From assembly GCA_030603385.1 (NCBI GenBank), contig JAUVXW010000008.1, positions 32,001 through 96,000 on the forward strand: a DNA stretch of 64,000 bases, read 5' to 3'. The notes below the pieces were generated by a model. The model saw only the letters and a program-made list of their open reading frames with translations, had not been told where the DNA came from and did no database searches. The translations under genes were made by a program, and so were the position numbers. Below are positions 29,906 to 39,383 of this stretch, piece after piece. Numbering within the stretch: the stretch's first letter is position 1; each line of letters starts with the position of its first letter. The stretch is from Promethearchaeota archaeon. Lineage in GTDB: Archaea; Asgardarchaeota; Lokiarchaeia; Sigyniarchaeales; SOKP01.

Positions 29906-30154
29906 ATGTCCTTTCTAAATAAAGAAATTGAAAGAGCTACATTTGGGATAATTGTTGGAAATCGTGATGTTTTTCCTGATCACCTTGCTACTGAAGGAAG
30001 AACCGCAATTACAGATGTTTTAAAGGAATTAAATTATGATTATGTTATCTTGAATAAAGAGGATACAAGAGATGGAGTTGTAGAAACCTATAACGATGCA
30101 AAGAAATGCGCCGAACTCTTTAAAAAAAATAGAGACAAAATTAAAGAGATTTAA
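29906..30154 (+). pseudogene. 5' fragment (copy 1) of the L-fucose/L-arabinose isomerase-family gene
   Basis: Gap-free alignment to aa 1-79 of 45784-47220 (51/79 identical by hand count), then a stop. Confidence 0.92.
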
Positions 30155-30180
30155 AAATAGTATATTAATAAATTAATTTT

Positions 30181-31800
30181 TTATTGCCAGAACTCTAAAT
30201 TTTTAAATTTAAGATTGAATTTATTTACTCTTTTCTCAAGGTAAAGCTTAAAGGAATTCTTCAAATCTACTTTATCTAAATTTGTATCTGGACTAATTTT
30301 AGTTATAATCTCTTCAAAAATATTTAAAGGATTTTCATTCCAATAAATAATTATTCTAAGAGGTTCAAAATGAATTTCATTAGAATGAATAAAATAGCAT
30401 TCTATGTCTAATAAATCTAAATCTTCTTCAAATTCTCTCAAAAGTTTTATATTTGGTAAGATTGAACGAGATCCTTCATATTTGTTTTCATCTTTGTTTA
30501 TATTATTGTAATAGAATTGTAGGATATTGTTTAGTGCATCAAAAATCTTCTGCTTGTATTTTTTATTTAAATGTTTCTTTAATTTTAGTTCTTTATCTAA
30601 TAATACTGTCTTATCCCGAATTTTTTGAAGTATTATTCGAAGCTTTTCATCATAAAGAGTCTTCTTACAAAATTCCTTTAAATGCGTTCTTCCTGTGATG
30701 CTCAAATAATTATTTATAATTGCAGTTGATGATTCTATTATATTTTGTTTCTTCTCTTTTTGAGAATATTCTACACCAACATGATAGTTATATAATTTTT
30801 CAGCAGCTTTTTTATTATATATTCTTTTTAAAATTACAATATCATAGGTACCAATCGAAAAATCATCAGTATTAAAAACATATTTTAATAGCCATTCATC
30901 CCATCTATCTATTTCATGTATAAAGACATAAAAAAAATCAATTTTTTCTTCTAAAGTTAGGAGGGATGAATCACGATTTAAATCAAATCTTTTAGATTTA
31001 TATACTTCTGTATTTATTCTCGATAATACTTCCATAACTAACTTCTCATTATTTTGATTTGGATCATGTCTTTCAATAATTGATTCACATGTTTCATAAA
31101 AAACCTCTAAAAATTTAAGATCAAATTCTCTATTATATAAATATAAATCTCTCAAATGTTTTTCGATAAAATGTTTAAAATTTTGTTTTGCTTTAAACCA
31201 TAGATTGTTTTTTAAAGAATCAATAAATTCTTTCACTGTTGCATCAGTTATCATTTTATTATCTTGTATGAACAATTTCATGAAATAAATCAATTTTAAT
31301 ACTAAATTCAACTCTCTATTATCATAAACAATCCATGCAATTAATAATCCAATAAATATCAAGAAAAATGTTATTATGAAAAATGAATTAGCTTCATTTA
31401 TGAATGATAATGAAATAAATAGCAATGTTAGTGTAAAAAGCACTTTTGAAAAAAATCTATCTTTTATACTTGAAATGAAAATATGGTCTATTCCGCTGTG
31501 TAATTTTACATTCTTATATTTTGGAAATTTTCCTTTACGGTTTTTAAGAATAATAATTAACTTAAAAATAAGAATCTCCCCCTTAAAATAATAGAGAAAT
31601 GCTGTTAAAATTGAAGAAACACTAAGTATGATAATATATAACTCATAACTTTCAAAAACATTTAAAAAATTACTCAAATTATTATCTGGATTAAGATTGA
31701 TGATAAAAAATACGATTGAAATTGAAAGGAAGAAATAAGCTCCTTTATAAGTGGTTTTATCTTGAGTATCTCTAAACTGACCCGTATAATAGGCTGTCAT
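30181..31800 (-). CDS. Hypothetical protein with 4 N-terminal TM helices and a large soluble helical domain
   Basis: 539-aa ORF, very AT-rich; no family recognised. Confidence 0.6.
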   Translation of the reverse strand: MTAYYTGQFRDTQDKTTYKGAYFFLSISIVFFIINLNPDNNLSNFLNVFESYELYIIILSVSSILTAFLYYFKGEILIFKLIIILKNRKGKFPKYKNVKLHSGIDHIFISSIKDRFFSKVLFTLTLLFISLSFINEANSFFIITFFLIFIGLLIAWIVYDNRELNLVLKLIYFMKLFIQDNKMITDATVKEFIDSLKNNLWFKAKQNFKHFIEKHLRDLYLYNREFDLKFLEVFYETCESIIERHDPNQNNEKLVMEVLSRINTEVYKSKRFDLNRDSSLLTLEEKIDFFYVFIHEIDRWDEWLLKYVFNTDDFSIGTYDIVILKRIYNKKAAEKLYNYHVGVEYSQKEKKQNIIESSTAIINNYLSITGRTHLKEFCKKTLYDEKLRIILQKIRDKTVLLDKELKLKKHLNKKYKQKIFDALNNILQFYYNNINKDENKYEGSRSILPNIKLLREFEEDLDLLDIECYFIHSNEIHFEPLRIIIYWNENPLNIFEEIITKISPDTNLDKVDLKNSFKLYLEKRVNKFNLKFKNLEFWQ

Positions 31801-32138
31801 ATATTTATACCTTTATCTAAATTCTTACAATTATTGATAAAATTCCAGTTTTTCGTAAATGCTATCTATATAAAAATAGAAAATTCAATATTAAAAAATT
31901 AAGTACTTTTACGATAATATAATAATAAAACCTTTGCTAAATTATCTGAGTATTCTGATTTTCAATATTTATTGATTTCTTGTCATCCTCATCATTTTTT
32001 TATATATCTAAATTTTTTGTAAAATAAATTGATATCTTACTAACGATAATTTAAAAAATAAATTTCTTGACTTTTATCCTCAATAAATAAAAGTTTTAAT
32101 ACAATTAGGGTTATATTTTTTATATTTATTCTATATTT

Positions 32139-32267
32139 TCATTTTTCTCCTTTATTCTTTGAATCTGTACTTTGTACTCTTGCTTTGAAACCTTGATTCT
32201 TTCCTGTTTTATCTGCATGAGATTGGATTCTTCGGGCAGCTTTTGAATTCATTTTTGTTTTACCCAA
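32139..32267 (-). CDS. 42-aa SMP-domain-like (seed maturation/LEA-type) microprotein, not in ORF track
   Basis: GGAGGTGA RBS 5 nt before TTG. MGKTKMNSKAARRIQSHADKTGKNQGFKARVQSTDSKNKGEK fits the A.RIQS.....G.....F.AR.QS...KN pattern. Confidence 0.72.
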   Translation of the reverse strand: MGKTKMNSKAARRIQSHADKTGKNQGFKARVQSTDSKNKGEK

Positions 32268-32808
32268 ATATTTCACCTCCTTTATTTATTTTAGGAATAT
32301 TAGAACATCATCCACTTTAAGACCATTCTTATTAATCCTTCCATTAAAGATCTCTAATCTTGTAAGTAATTTTAGAAATTGAATTGTACCAGAGATATTG
32401 ATTTATAATTTTATTGAATAATAGTAAATTATATAGTTTGAATCGAAAAATACGGAGATTTTTCTTCTTTGGGTGCACTCTAATGTGATCGAAATATGAA
32501 CGGTAATCTTCTTCGGAATACCACATAATTATTTAATTTCTTTTAACTATAATATTTTTTATTTAATGAACCTAAAATCATAATTAATATATAAATAATT
32601 TTTCCCCAAGTAATTCGGAGGTCACCACGGCGGGACATCAATTATCTGGGAAAATGGGGAAAAAGATATCTTTCTATTTTGCTTATTAAATGATTACAAT
32701 AGATATCTTGAATCTCCATTAAATAATAGCGAATTGGCATTGACAAAGATCTTTCTAATATCATAATATATCGATTATTTTTATGGGAATCCTTTATTAA
32801 AAATATTT

Positions 32809-33612
32809 TTAATGATACATTCTTACTTGAAGTATATAGAAAGAAACTAATGATTTGGTTAGAAATAGTTTTAACTCAACATAAAGCTCAGTAGATTCCC
32901 TCAATAAATCCAAACATGAATATTTTGAAAATCTTTTAAGAAATTTTGGATCTTCATGCTTAATATTATCTGCTATATTATATAAATAACCAAATAATCT
33001 ACTAAAATTTATTTCTACAGGATTATAAAATTCTTTCATGCTTGATTTGAGATCAGGTCGATATATTCTCTCTTTTAAATTATGATGTTGCCCTTTAAAT
33101 AACTTTAATAGCTTTTTTGTATAGTTTTCAAATATAGAACTCAAATAGAGAATAAATTCACTAAATATTATTAATCTTTTATCTTCGTTTTTCTTATACT
33201 TTAATAGTTGATTTTTAAAAATTGAAAATGTGAATATTAATTTCTTAGTATATAGCTTCTTAATTTCGTTTAAACCTGATAGTAATTTATTTACCCATTT
33301 TTTTGGTATGATTTCTTCTAATTTTTGAGAAAATTCAGCAAACAATGTAGTTATTGGTCTTAAAACCACATTAATATCAATTGAATTAACAATAATTTGA
33401 CTAAAATCAGTTAAAATTTGTCTAGATACTTCACTGAGACTTTGAGAAAAATTCTCAATAATGAGTTTTCGAGTATCTGACAGGCTTTTAAAGATTTTAA
33501 GATTATTTCTTCGTTCTTTAAGAGTACTAATTTTCTTTTCATTAAGTAACTTCTTAAAATCTTTTTTTGATATAACATTATTTTCGATTAAATCGCCATA
33601 TTTTATTGACAT
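32809..33612 (-). CDS. Hypothetical protein, possible degenerate HEPN-like C-terminus
   Basis: Helical; SIFE ... NIADNIKH resembles a HEPN-type E...R/Nx4-6H arrangement. Confidence 0.45.
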   Translation of the reverse strand: MSIKYGDLIENNVISKKDFKKLLNEKKISTLKERRNNLKIFKSLSDTRKLIIENFSQSLSEVSRQILTDFSQIIVNSIDINVVLRPITTLFAEFSQKLEEIIPKKWVNKLLSGLNEIKKLYTKKLIFTFSIFKNQLLKYKKNEDKRLIIFSEFILYLSSIFENYTKKLLKLFKGQHHNLKERIYRPDLKSSMKEFYNPVEINFSRLFGYLYNIADNIKHEDPKFLKRFSKYSCLDLLRESTELYVELKLFLTKSLVSFYILQVRMYH

Positions 33613-33804
33613 GTACTATTTTGTCACCTAATTACTATATATTTCTAATAAGGTTATTTCTTTCATTACAAGCAAAGGAAAACATGAACCAGTAGAAATA
33701 AAATTTCCTAAAATAAATTTAATTTTTATATTAGATTTTTAGAAAAAATAAATAATAAAAGGGTATTAAGTTTCATATCATAATCAATCTTATGGAATTT
33801 AAAG

Positions 33805-34089
33805 ATGTCATTTATTAAACCTAAAATGAGAGAAACTATTTTTGGAGTAATTATTGGTAATCGCGATGTTTCTCCAGATAATCTCGCAGAAGAAGGACGA
33901 AAAGAGATCATCAGTGTCTTAGAAAATTGGGGGTATAAATATATTATATTGAATGAAAATGATACTAAATTCGGTGTTGTGGAAACATATGAAGACGCGA
34001 AGAAATGTGCTGAATTATTTAAGGCAAATAGTGATAAGATAATGGGTACTTCAGTTATTTTACCCAATTTTAGGGATGAAAACAATTAG
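33805..34089 (+). pseudogene. 5' fragment (copy 2) of the L-fucose/L-arabinose isomerase-family gene
   Basis: Gap-free alignment to aa 1-92 of 45784-47220 (55/92 identical by hand count); ends just after NF.DE. Confidence 0.92.
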
Positions 34090-34353
34090 TAGGGTTTATC
34101 ATTTTTAAAGATAATAATTGAGCTATAAACAAGAAGCCTAATTGACATTGATGATCGTATAGAGTCTAAAATTAGCAAATATAAAATTTTGAAGCTCCCA
34201 ATAGCTTTAGAAAATCAAAAAATCCTTTGACCTCTTATAAATATTAAATACCTTTTTAATAACTAAATTAATATGAATGCATCACTTTTTCTCATTTGAA
34301 TTATAACATAAAATTTTCATTTCTGAATTATTTCATATGATTAAAGACAAAAA

Positions 34354-35784
34354 ATGACTGAAATTATTAAAAGTGGAGCAGGAATTCATGAAGGCTTCGA
34401 ATTTCAGTATTGGTATGGTGTGAAATTGATAATTGACTGGAAAATTTCACCACCAAAAGATTCAATAAACCCACCTTGGTTAAAAGAAGAGATTGGTAGA
34501 AATGAGTTTGGAATCTTTGATGATATTTTTATGTATAAAGATTCTGACTATTTTTTCTATCAAGCAAAAAAATCAGTTAGTACTAAGGGTGGGCTTATAG
34601 ATGAAAATGAATTATTAGATGATAAGTCTAGTCTATCGATTTTGGAAATGTATTTATCTTATAAGAAAATTAAGAAAAAATTTCCTGATGAAAATTTTTA
34701 TTTAATAAATGTATCAAATAAAGCAATTTCAGGAATATTAAGAGAAATAATTGTTCCTAATGAAAATAGAATAGAAGATTCATTTATTAAAAACAGCATT
34801 AAAAAAGATGAAAAAATTAAATTAAGAGAAGCAATTAAGGAAAAATGTGGTGGAAATGAGCTTAATGATTTTTTGAAAAGACTTCGATTTATCCATTTTG
34901 AAAATCCTGAATTTGAGGTAAAACATAAACCAATTCTCCCATTAAATATAATTCAAAACGTATTCAATTGGGTAAAGAAGATTGCACAAAAGAAATTCAC
35001 AAATTCAGAGAATAAAATTTCCTATGGAGATTTTCAATTTTTATTAAATATCAATGAATTAGAAGTACCTTTAAGATTAGGATTTTACTCAAAATCCGAA
35101 TTTCCATCAGAAATTTTATATGATTATTCAATCGACTTTTATTCCCAGATAGATGGAACCCTAAATGATATTGATTGGAATAAGTTCAGAGAAGAAATTG
35201 AGGATTTACGAAAAAAAATTATCAAAGAGAGTCAAAATCGTTTAATCCGAATTGAAGCATTATCTCATCTTACATTAGGATATATTATTGGATTTGTTTT
35301 TAGATCTACAACTGGCTTCAAATTGCAGGTTCTTCAACGATTTAAAGATCTTGAGGAAATTTGGGAATACGAATCAAATAATCGCTATAAAATTGAGAAA
35401 GATATTGATATTAGAGTAGAAATGTCAGATATTAATTCTAAAAATTTAATAATTTGTATGGAATTTACTGAAAAACCTATTAAGCATTTCATAAAAGAAT
35501 ATTTAACTAATTATAAAATAGATTATAATCAAATTATTGAAATTGTAACAAAACCCCCAATTAAAGTAAATCAAGTTACTCCTTTAATCAATTTCATAAT
35601 TGAATTGATTTTAAAGGTTAAAACAATTAAGAAAGTACATATTTTTAATGCAATTCCATTAGCGTTAGCAATTTTATTGGGATATAATTTCAATGCATTG
35701 CCAACTATTCAATTATATGAATTTGACATGGTAGAGAGAAAATATATTCCAAGTTATATATTAAAACAAAAATTAGGTAGGTGA
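34354..35784 (+). CDS. CBASS effector: Cap4-like endonuclease plus SAVED domain
   Basis: N-terminal GFEFQ...E...FDDI...YQAK (Cap4-type PD-(D/E)XK variant). C-terminal SAVED motifs HLTLGYIIG and VHIF.AIPLALAILLG...IQLYEF. Confidence 0.82.
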   Translation: MTEIIKSGAGIHEGFEFQYWYGVKLIIDWKISPPKDSINPPWLKEEIGRNEFGIFDDIFMYKDSDYFFYQAKKSVSTKGGLIDENELLDDKSSLSILEMYLSYKKIKKKFPDENFYLINVSNKAISGILREIIVPNENRIEDSFIKNSIKKDEKIKLREAIKEKCGGNELNDFLKRLRFIHFENPEFEVKHKPILPLNIIQNVFNWVKKIAQKKFTNSENKISYGDFQFLLNINELEVPLRLGFYSKSEFPSEILYDYSIDFYSQIDGTLNDIDWNKFREEIEDLRKKIIKESQNRLIRIEALSHLTLGYIIGFVFRSTTGFKLQVLQRFKDLEEIWEYESNNRYKIEKDIDIRVEMSDINSKNLIICMEFTEKPIKHFIKEYLTNYKIDYNQIIEIVTKPPIKVNQVTPLINFIIELILKVKTIKKVHIFNAIPLALAILLGYNFNALPTIQLYEFDMVERKYIPSYILKQKLGR

Positions 35785-35790
35785 AAAATT

Positions 35791-36780
35791 ATAGCAAATA
35801 CAGTAAGTCAAGCTTTTGATGAATTTAGGCAAAATTTAGAACCATTAAAGCCAGAAAAAGAGAAAATTCAAAAAAGACATAAATATATAAGAGAAACATT
35901 TAGCAACAAAATAAAGAATGATGGAAGAATGCATTCATTCTTATCTGGGTCATACTCTCGTAATACTCAAATAAGACCTATTAATGATGTGGATATAGTA
36001 ATATTGTTTGATATAGAGGAATATTGGGATCAATTTAAAAACAACCCACGTGAGATGCTCAATTTTACAGGAGAAAAATTAAAAGAAACTTATCCAGATA
36101 AAGATATAATAATTCAATCTCATTCTATTGGAATTAAATTCAAGGATCTTCCCGATGTAGATGTTATACCTGGATTTATTAAGGATTATAATAAGGAAAT
36201 CTATTTAATTCCAAATTTTAAACTAAATAATTTCATTGAGACATCCCCTACTAAACATAAAGCTATTATCTCTAGATATAACCAAAATTTAGGGGACAAA
36301 TTCATTCACATCATAAAAATGATGAAATGTTGGAGGAACAAATTAATAAAAGAAAGCATGAGTAAATCTGGGATTGAATTAAAATTCAAATCTTTTCATT
36401 TAGAAATCTTTTTGATGAATATTTTAAAAAGTAGATTTTCTAATTATGCTAAAGCTATTCAACAAGTTTTTTCAAAAGCTGCTGAAAATTTAGACTGCGA
36501 GTGCTATGATCCTGCAGGGTTAAGTGGAAGATTAGATGGTTATTTAACAGATATTCAAATTAAAACTTTAAAGAATATCTTTAGCAATACCAGTGAAGAT
36601 ATCAAGAGTTTACTACGATTAGAAATGGAAGGTAAATATCAAGAAGCAATAGAAGGTTGGAGAGATCTTTTTGGAGATCAATTTCCTAAACCTCTAAAAA
36701 CAAATAAAAATACATATAAAAAAAACCTAAAAACAAAATTTCCAATAGAAGGAAAGAATTATACATACGGTGAAGAATAA
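35791..36780 (+). CDS. CD-NTase (cGAS/DncV-like, SMODS) cyclic oligonucleotide synthase
   Basis: GSYSRNT, DVDIV, DVIPG, K.W, SFHLE, DPAG and W..LFG..FP motifs. The frame extends upstream of the track's Met to ATA at 35791 (TVSQAFDEFRQNLEP), behind an AGGTGA RBS. Confidence 0.92.
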   Translation: MANTVSQAFDEFRQNLEPLKPEKEKIQKRHKYIRETFSNKIKNDGRMHSFLSGSYSRNTQIRPINDVDIVILFDIEEYWDQFKNNPREMLNFTGEKLKETYPDKDIIIQSHSIGIKFKDLPDVDVIPGFIKDYNKEIYLIPNFKLNNFIETSPTKHKAIISRYNQNLGDKFIHIIKMMKCWRNKLIKESMSKSGIELKFKSFHLEIFLMNILKSRFSNYAKAIQQVFSKAAENLDCECYDPAGLSGRLDGYLTDIQIKTLKNIFSNTSEDIKSLLRLEMEGKYQEAIEGWRDLFGDQFPKPLKTNKNTYKKNLKTKFPIEGKNYTYGEE

Positions 36781-38625
36781 ATGTTATTTCAATGGTATAA
36801 AACTGAAATAGATTTATACCATAAAGAACTGTTAATAATTAAAGAAGAAATAAAGGATTTTTTTCCCTACGGCTATGAAAAAAATGATGATTTATGTATT
36901 GTTGGTATTATAGATGTAGATGGAAAAGAAGAAAATATCTTAATTTCATATCCTAGAATTTATCCTTCTTCTCCACCAAAGGTATGGTTATTTGAATCTA
37001 ATGAATTTAAAAAAGTTAAAGATTTTCAGGAACATTTTCATCAAAATTATGATGAATCCTTATGTCTCTTCACATCAGATTGGGGTGATGGAAGCTGGCA
37101 TTTTAATATGGATACTCATGATGTTCTTGAAAAACTAAGAGATACAATAAGAAAAGCTAGAACTAAGGAACATACCGATGAACATACTTCGATTATTAAT
37201 CCTGTTCCGGGTAAACTTAGATATGATTTTGAAATTTATATACCCGCTGAAATTTTAAACTACATAATAAAAAATGACAAAAGTCTAGATAAACTTGAAT
37301 TATACGAATTTTCAAAAAATTATCAAGGTCGTATATTAAAATTTCCTTCTAAATATAACGTTATGGAAAAAATTTTTGAAGGAAATTTTTGGTCAAATTT
37401 TAATTTATTGAACAATCCATTAAAAGGATATTATCTTAAATTGCCATTTAATAAAAATGAATTTCGAAAGGAATTAGCAAAAGAAAAGAATCTAATTATA
37501 TTTTTAAAAAACTATGGCTTTAATGAACAAATAATGTTAGAATTAGATTTTATCTTTTTTGTTTTTAAAGATACCAGAGTTCCTAACAGTAGAGTTAAGA
37601 ACCCTAAAGAATTTGAAAATCTAATATCTTTTGCTTATTTTTTAAGAAATACAGATTTATCAAACATCTACAAAATCCCTATTTATCAAATATTTTCAGT
37701 TAAATTCCCAGATGATATTTTTCAAAGAACTAATGCAATTTTTGATACGTTAATAAATAAGATAAGGAACAAAAAGATCTTAATTTTAGGTTTAGGAACT
37801 CTTGGTTCATTTATAGTTTTGGAATTGGTAAAATCAGGAATTAAAAATTTTATTTTATATGATTTCGATATATTTCAAACGATAAATATATGTCGCCATG
37901 TTGGAGATATCACAGATATTGGAAGGTATAAAGTGGAAGTTGTTGAAGAAATTATCAGATTAAAAAACCCAGATGTAAATGTTAAAAAATCTATACGAAA
38001 TCCTTTTGAAAAAGATAAGTATTTGTTGGAGTTTATTGAAGATTTGAAGAAATCAGATATAATCATTGATACGACTGCCAGTTATCAAGTAAATTTACAA
38101 TTAAATAAAATTTCTATTGAAAATAACAAAAATGTGATATATTCTTGGTGTGGACCTAATGCAGAAGTTGGTAGAGTATTTAGGGTCATTCCTAGAAAAA
38201 CTCCTTGTTACTATTGTATAAATCTTCAATTAGAAAAAGAACCTCAAAAATTCCCTAGAATAAAAAAGCAGAATTTAGAATTTGAATTACCTCAATTTGT
38301 AGGATATCGTCAACCAGGAATTCCAGGAATCAGTATTGATATAAATTTTATTAGTTTATTTGCTTCAAGATTAGTGATTCAAACACTTTTAATTGATGAG
38401 GATGCTTACCCTGATGCAAAAGCAAATCATTATATCTGGCAAAATAAACCTACAGAAATTGAACCATTTGATGAGATTAAATTAATACCTCAAGGAGATT
38501 TTAGAATGATTAAGAGATGTCCATTTTGTAAACCAAAATCAAAAAAAATGTTTAATCCACAAAAAAAAATTCAAATTGATGTTATACTAAAGAGAGGAAA
38601 AAAAAATTTTAGGAAAATCAAATAA
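36781..38625 (+). CDS. cap2: CBASS Cap2-like E2-E1 (ThiF) fusion
   Basis: E2-like YP..YP..PP...H......LCL; E1 motifs GLGTLGS, DFD, NICRH, G.YKV, DTTA, PCYYC and CPFC; directly follows the CD-NTase. Confidence 0.88.
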   Translation: MLFQWYKTEIDLYHKELLIIKEEIKDFFPYGYEKNDDLCIVGIIDVDGKEENILISYPRIYPSSPPKVWLFESNEFKKVKDFQEHFHQNYDESLCLFTSDWGDGSWHFNMDTHDVLEKLRDTIRKARTKEHTDEHTSIINPVPGKLRYDFEIYIPAEILNYIIKNDKSLDKLELYEFSKNYQGRILKFPSKYNVMEKIFEGNFWSNFNLLNNPLKGYYLKLPFNKNEFRKELAKEKNLIIFLKNYGFNEQIMLELDFIFFVFKDTRVPNSRVKNPKEFENLISFAYFLRNTDLSNIYKIPIYQIFSVKFPDDIFQRTNAIFDTLINKIRNKKILILGLGTLGSFIVLELVKSGIKNFILYDFDIFQTINICRHVGDITDIGRYKVEVVEEIIRLKNPDVNVKKSIRNPFEKDKYLLEFIEDLKKSDIIIDTTASYQVNLQLNKISIENNKNVIYSWCGPNAEVGRVFRVIPRKTPCYYCINLQLEKEPQKFPRIKKQNLEFELPQFVGYRQPGIPGISIDINFISLFASRLVIQTLLIDEDAYPDAKANHYIWQNKPTEIEPFDEIKLIPQGDFRMIKRCPFCKPKSKKMFNPQKKIQIDVILKRGKKNFRKIK

Positions 38626-38738
38626 GATTTTCAACTCGGAGAAAACCTTTCTTTAATATACAATTTCGAATAAAATATAGAATAGTTAACTAATGAATAT
38701 TTCTTGCGATTTTTGAAATCAAACCTAAAGAAAATATT

Positions 38739-39212
38739 ATGAAAAATAAATATAAATTAGAAATTTCTAAATTTTTAGTTAATAAATTGTTAGATTTTTC
38801 ATCTAAAACTAATAATGAAGTCTGTGGAGTTCTAATTGGAAAAGAAATAAAATATAATCATATAATAATAACTGATGTAATTCTTGATAAGAATTCACTT
38901 AATGCTTCAAGATTTTCTGTAACTAGAAATACAAAAGGGCTATATCCAAATGTTAAAGAAATAGTTGAATATTCCGTTTATGATAATGTTGATTTTATTG
39001 GGGATTGGCATTCTCATCCTTACGGTTCTAGTTTATATAGTTCTATAGATTACTATTCTATGATTACCATGCTAAAAGATCCCGATTATTACTTTTTAAA
39101 TTCAATTGTTTTGATAATTGTATGTCCTCCAAATAAGATTAATAGTTTTCTGTTTCAAAGGGATAAAAAAAAGCCTCAAAAGATTGAAAATTATTCAAAA
39201 TCAATTAATTGA
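38739..39212 (+). CDS. cap3: CBASS Cap3-like JAB/JAMM metallo-isopeptidase
   Basis: EVCGVLIG and GDWHSHP......SSID (E...HxHx7SxxD). Confidence 0.9.
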   Translation: MKNKYKLEISKFLVNKLLDFSSKTNNEVCGVLIGKEIKYNHIIITDVILDKNSLNASRFSVTRNTKGLYPNVKEIVEYSVYDNVDFIGDWHSHPYGSSLYSSIDYYSMITMLKDPDYYFLNSIVLIIVCPPNKINSFLFQRDKKKPQKIENYSKSIN

Positions 39213-39383
39213 TTAAAAATTTCCTTGTAAAATACTCCTTAATTCTTTTTATACATTAGTTTAAAGTCGAAACTTTAATTCAATATTGTTCTTTAAATAT
39301 TGAAATACTCCTAAATATCTACCTTATTCCATGCTTTATAATATCAGTGTTTAGTAGATAAGAATTTCTTAATTGTAAGTAAT

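Larger units (their letters stand above)
30155..34089. mobile_element. Putative inserted segment 1 (older, eroded), ending in isomerase 5' copy 2
   Basis: Bounded by isomerase 5' copies; contains hypothetical genes and remnants; no recombinase seen. Confidence 0.5.

Noticed and set aside
32344-32526. 60-aa ORF in segment 1
   Set aside because: No RBS or motif; at best a gene remnant.
33726-34085. 119-aa minus-strand ORF
   Set aside because: Antisense shadow of isomerase 5' copy 2.
34140-34230. Weak resemblance (ILKLPIALEN versus ILKLAKLAVVIEN) to the middle of the isomerase downstream of copy 2
   Set aside because: Too short and low-complexity to support. If real, it would favour an eroded full-length paralog, so it merits a tblastn check.
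35782-35784. TGA between the CBASS effector and CD-NTase as a selenocysteine codon
   Set aside because: It falls at a natural domain end, forms part of an AGGTGA RBS, has no redox context and no SECIS is seen.
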